DNA of 63,265 nucleotides, counting the filler, from Octopus bimaculoides (taxonomy: Eukaryota), in the NCBI RefSeq assembly GCF_001194135.2. It is 5 parts of 5 records of this genome, joined end to end, with 100 filler letters (N's around TTAATTAATTAA, not from the genome) between each part and the next. Parts side by side here need not be neighbours in the genome. Positions count along the whole stretch, not along the records: positions 53,572 to 63,265 come from NC_068985.1; 4 more parts are not named here. One strand, given 5' to 3'. Positions 62,256-63,265 of this stretch are shown here, piece after piece (position 1 is the stretch's first letter; every line of letters starts with the position of its first letter). Under the pieces are notes generated by a model. It did no database searches. It had not been told where the DNA came from and was given only the letters and a program-made list of their open reading frames with translations. The position numbers were made by a program, and so were the translations under genes.

Positions 62256-63265
62256 GCTGCCTGGAAAATAAAATGAGCATATATTGAGATATTCTGACAT
62301 TTTGTTCAAAGTACTTTCGATTGTTGATAGTTATAATTTCTTTCGCTTCCTATGGGATAGTGCAATATGCAGCAATCCTTTCTGAATGCTGGCTGGCCTG
62401 TTATAGAGATAGCTCACATATTGAATAGATAGCAAACTGGGTACAGAACCAGTGAGAGTTGGGTACCCAACTCTCACTGATCGAGTGTGTTGTACTGGAT
62501 TGGAAGGGTTAGCTTCCGTTTAAGGCTTGGGAAATTTTTCTCAGAGAGATGCTGGTGTCTTTCATAAATATTGCTATCAGTTGAACCAAAACTAACAACT
62601 TTAGCCTACATTCATATAAAGGTTACTAAAGGTATAAAAGAGACATGAAAAACATTTTTTTGAGAAAGGAGCTGCACTACTAAAAAAGAAAAATCCAAAA
62701 TGATTTTCAGAATGTCCCGCGGAACGCAGCTTTCTCTTGACTGTAATAAAGGTTTCTAGGCGACATTGTAGACAATATTCCAACAGTCATAGAGACGTTG
62801 GAGTAAGGTATATACCGCTGAGAATATACTGCCCCAAATATTCATTTAGCAACCATCCCGATGAGCAGTAGAATGAAACTGCTGAACAGCATTGTCATAT
62901 TTATTCAAATTTAGACAATGCATTTCAATTGACAAAACTATGTCAACGGCCTATAATGATATGCGTCATATGTACCCGGTCGGTATTAAGTTAGCATCAG
63001 TGACGTTACATAGGCGTGGCTTATTTTACAGGCGCTAATATGGTGTCATATATAATTTTTACCATTTACTTAAAGTGCGTTTTCTAATTTACATATGGTA
63101 TTGTGTATAGCATTATACTGTAATATATTTGTGATATTATAAAAGCGCACTGCAGATATTTTCATTAATTTGTAAATTCAATCCTACTTCACATGATTAT
63201 CAGTATATCTGAGTTCAGATTACTAACTCTGTTCTTTGGTCTCGTATATATATATATATATATAT

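Overview
AT-rich, microsatellite-dense eukaryotic genomic DNA with many N gaps. The repeat content suggests an octopus (coleoid cephalopod); this is inferred from recognised repeat families, not a database match. One gene is well supported: a minus-strand, 3-coding-exon gene (62255-62192, 60775-60565, 57113-56828; 561 nt, 186 aa) encoding a signal peptide plus three tandem Kunitz domains. Domain 2 has lost the Cys14-Cys38 pair (replaced by Gly/Glu) and resembles two-disulfide conkunitzin-type domains; domain 1 has an acidic P1; domain 3 is a canonical P1-Arg inhibitor. The rest is mostly decayed mobile DNA: mariner and pogo transposons, hAT and Tigger MITEs, R4/Dong, Tx1, RTE and Penelope retroelements, and many tRNA-derived SINEs. 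Notable structures are Penelope-type termini with minimal hammerhead-like motifs, a 600-bp fold-back, a twin-priming-like Penelope inversion, a SINE inserted antisense into a SINE, a head-to-head mariner in the Kunitz intron, a pre-miRNA-like hairpin and a few orphan exon candidates. Four N44-TTAATTAATTAA-N44 blocks are artificial scaffold linkers. Most ORFs in the supplied track are microsatellite or gap artefacts. All alignments were done by eye.
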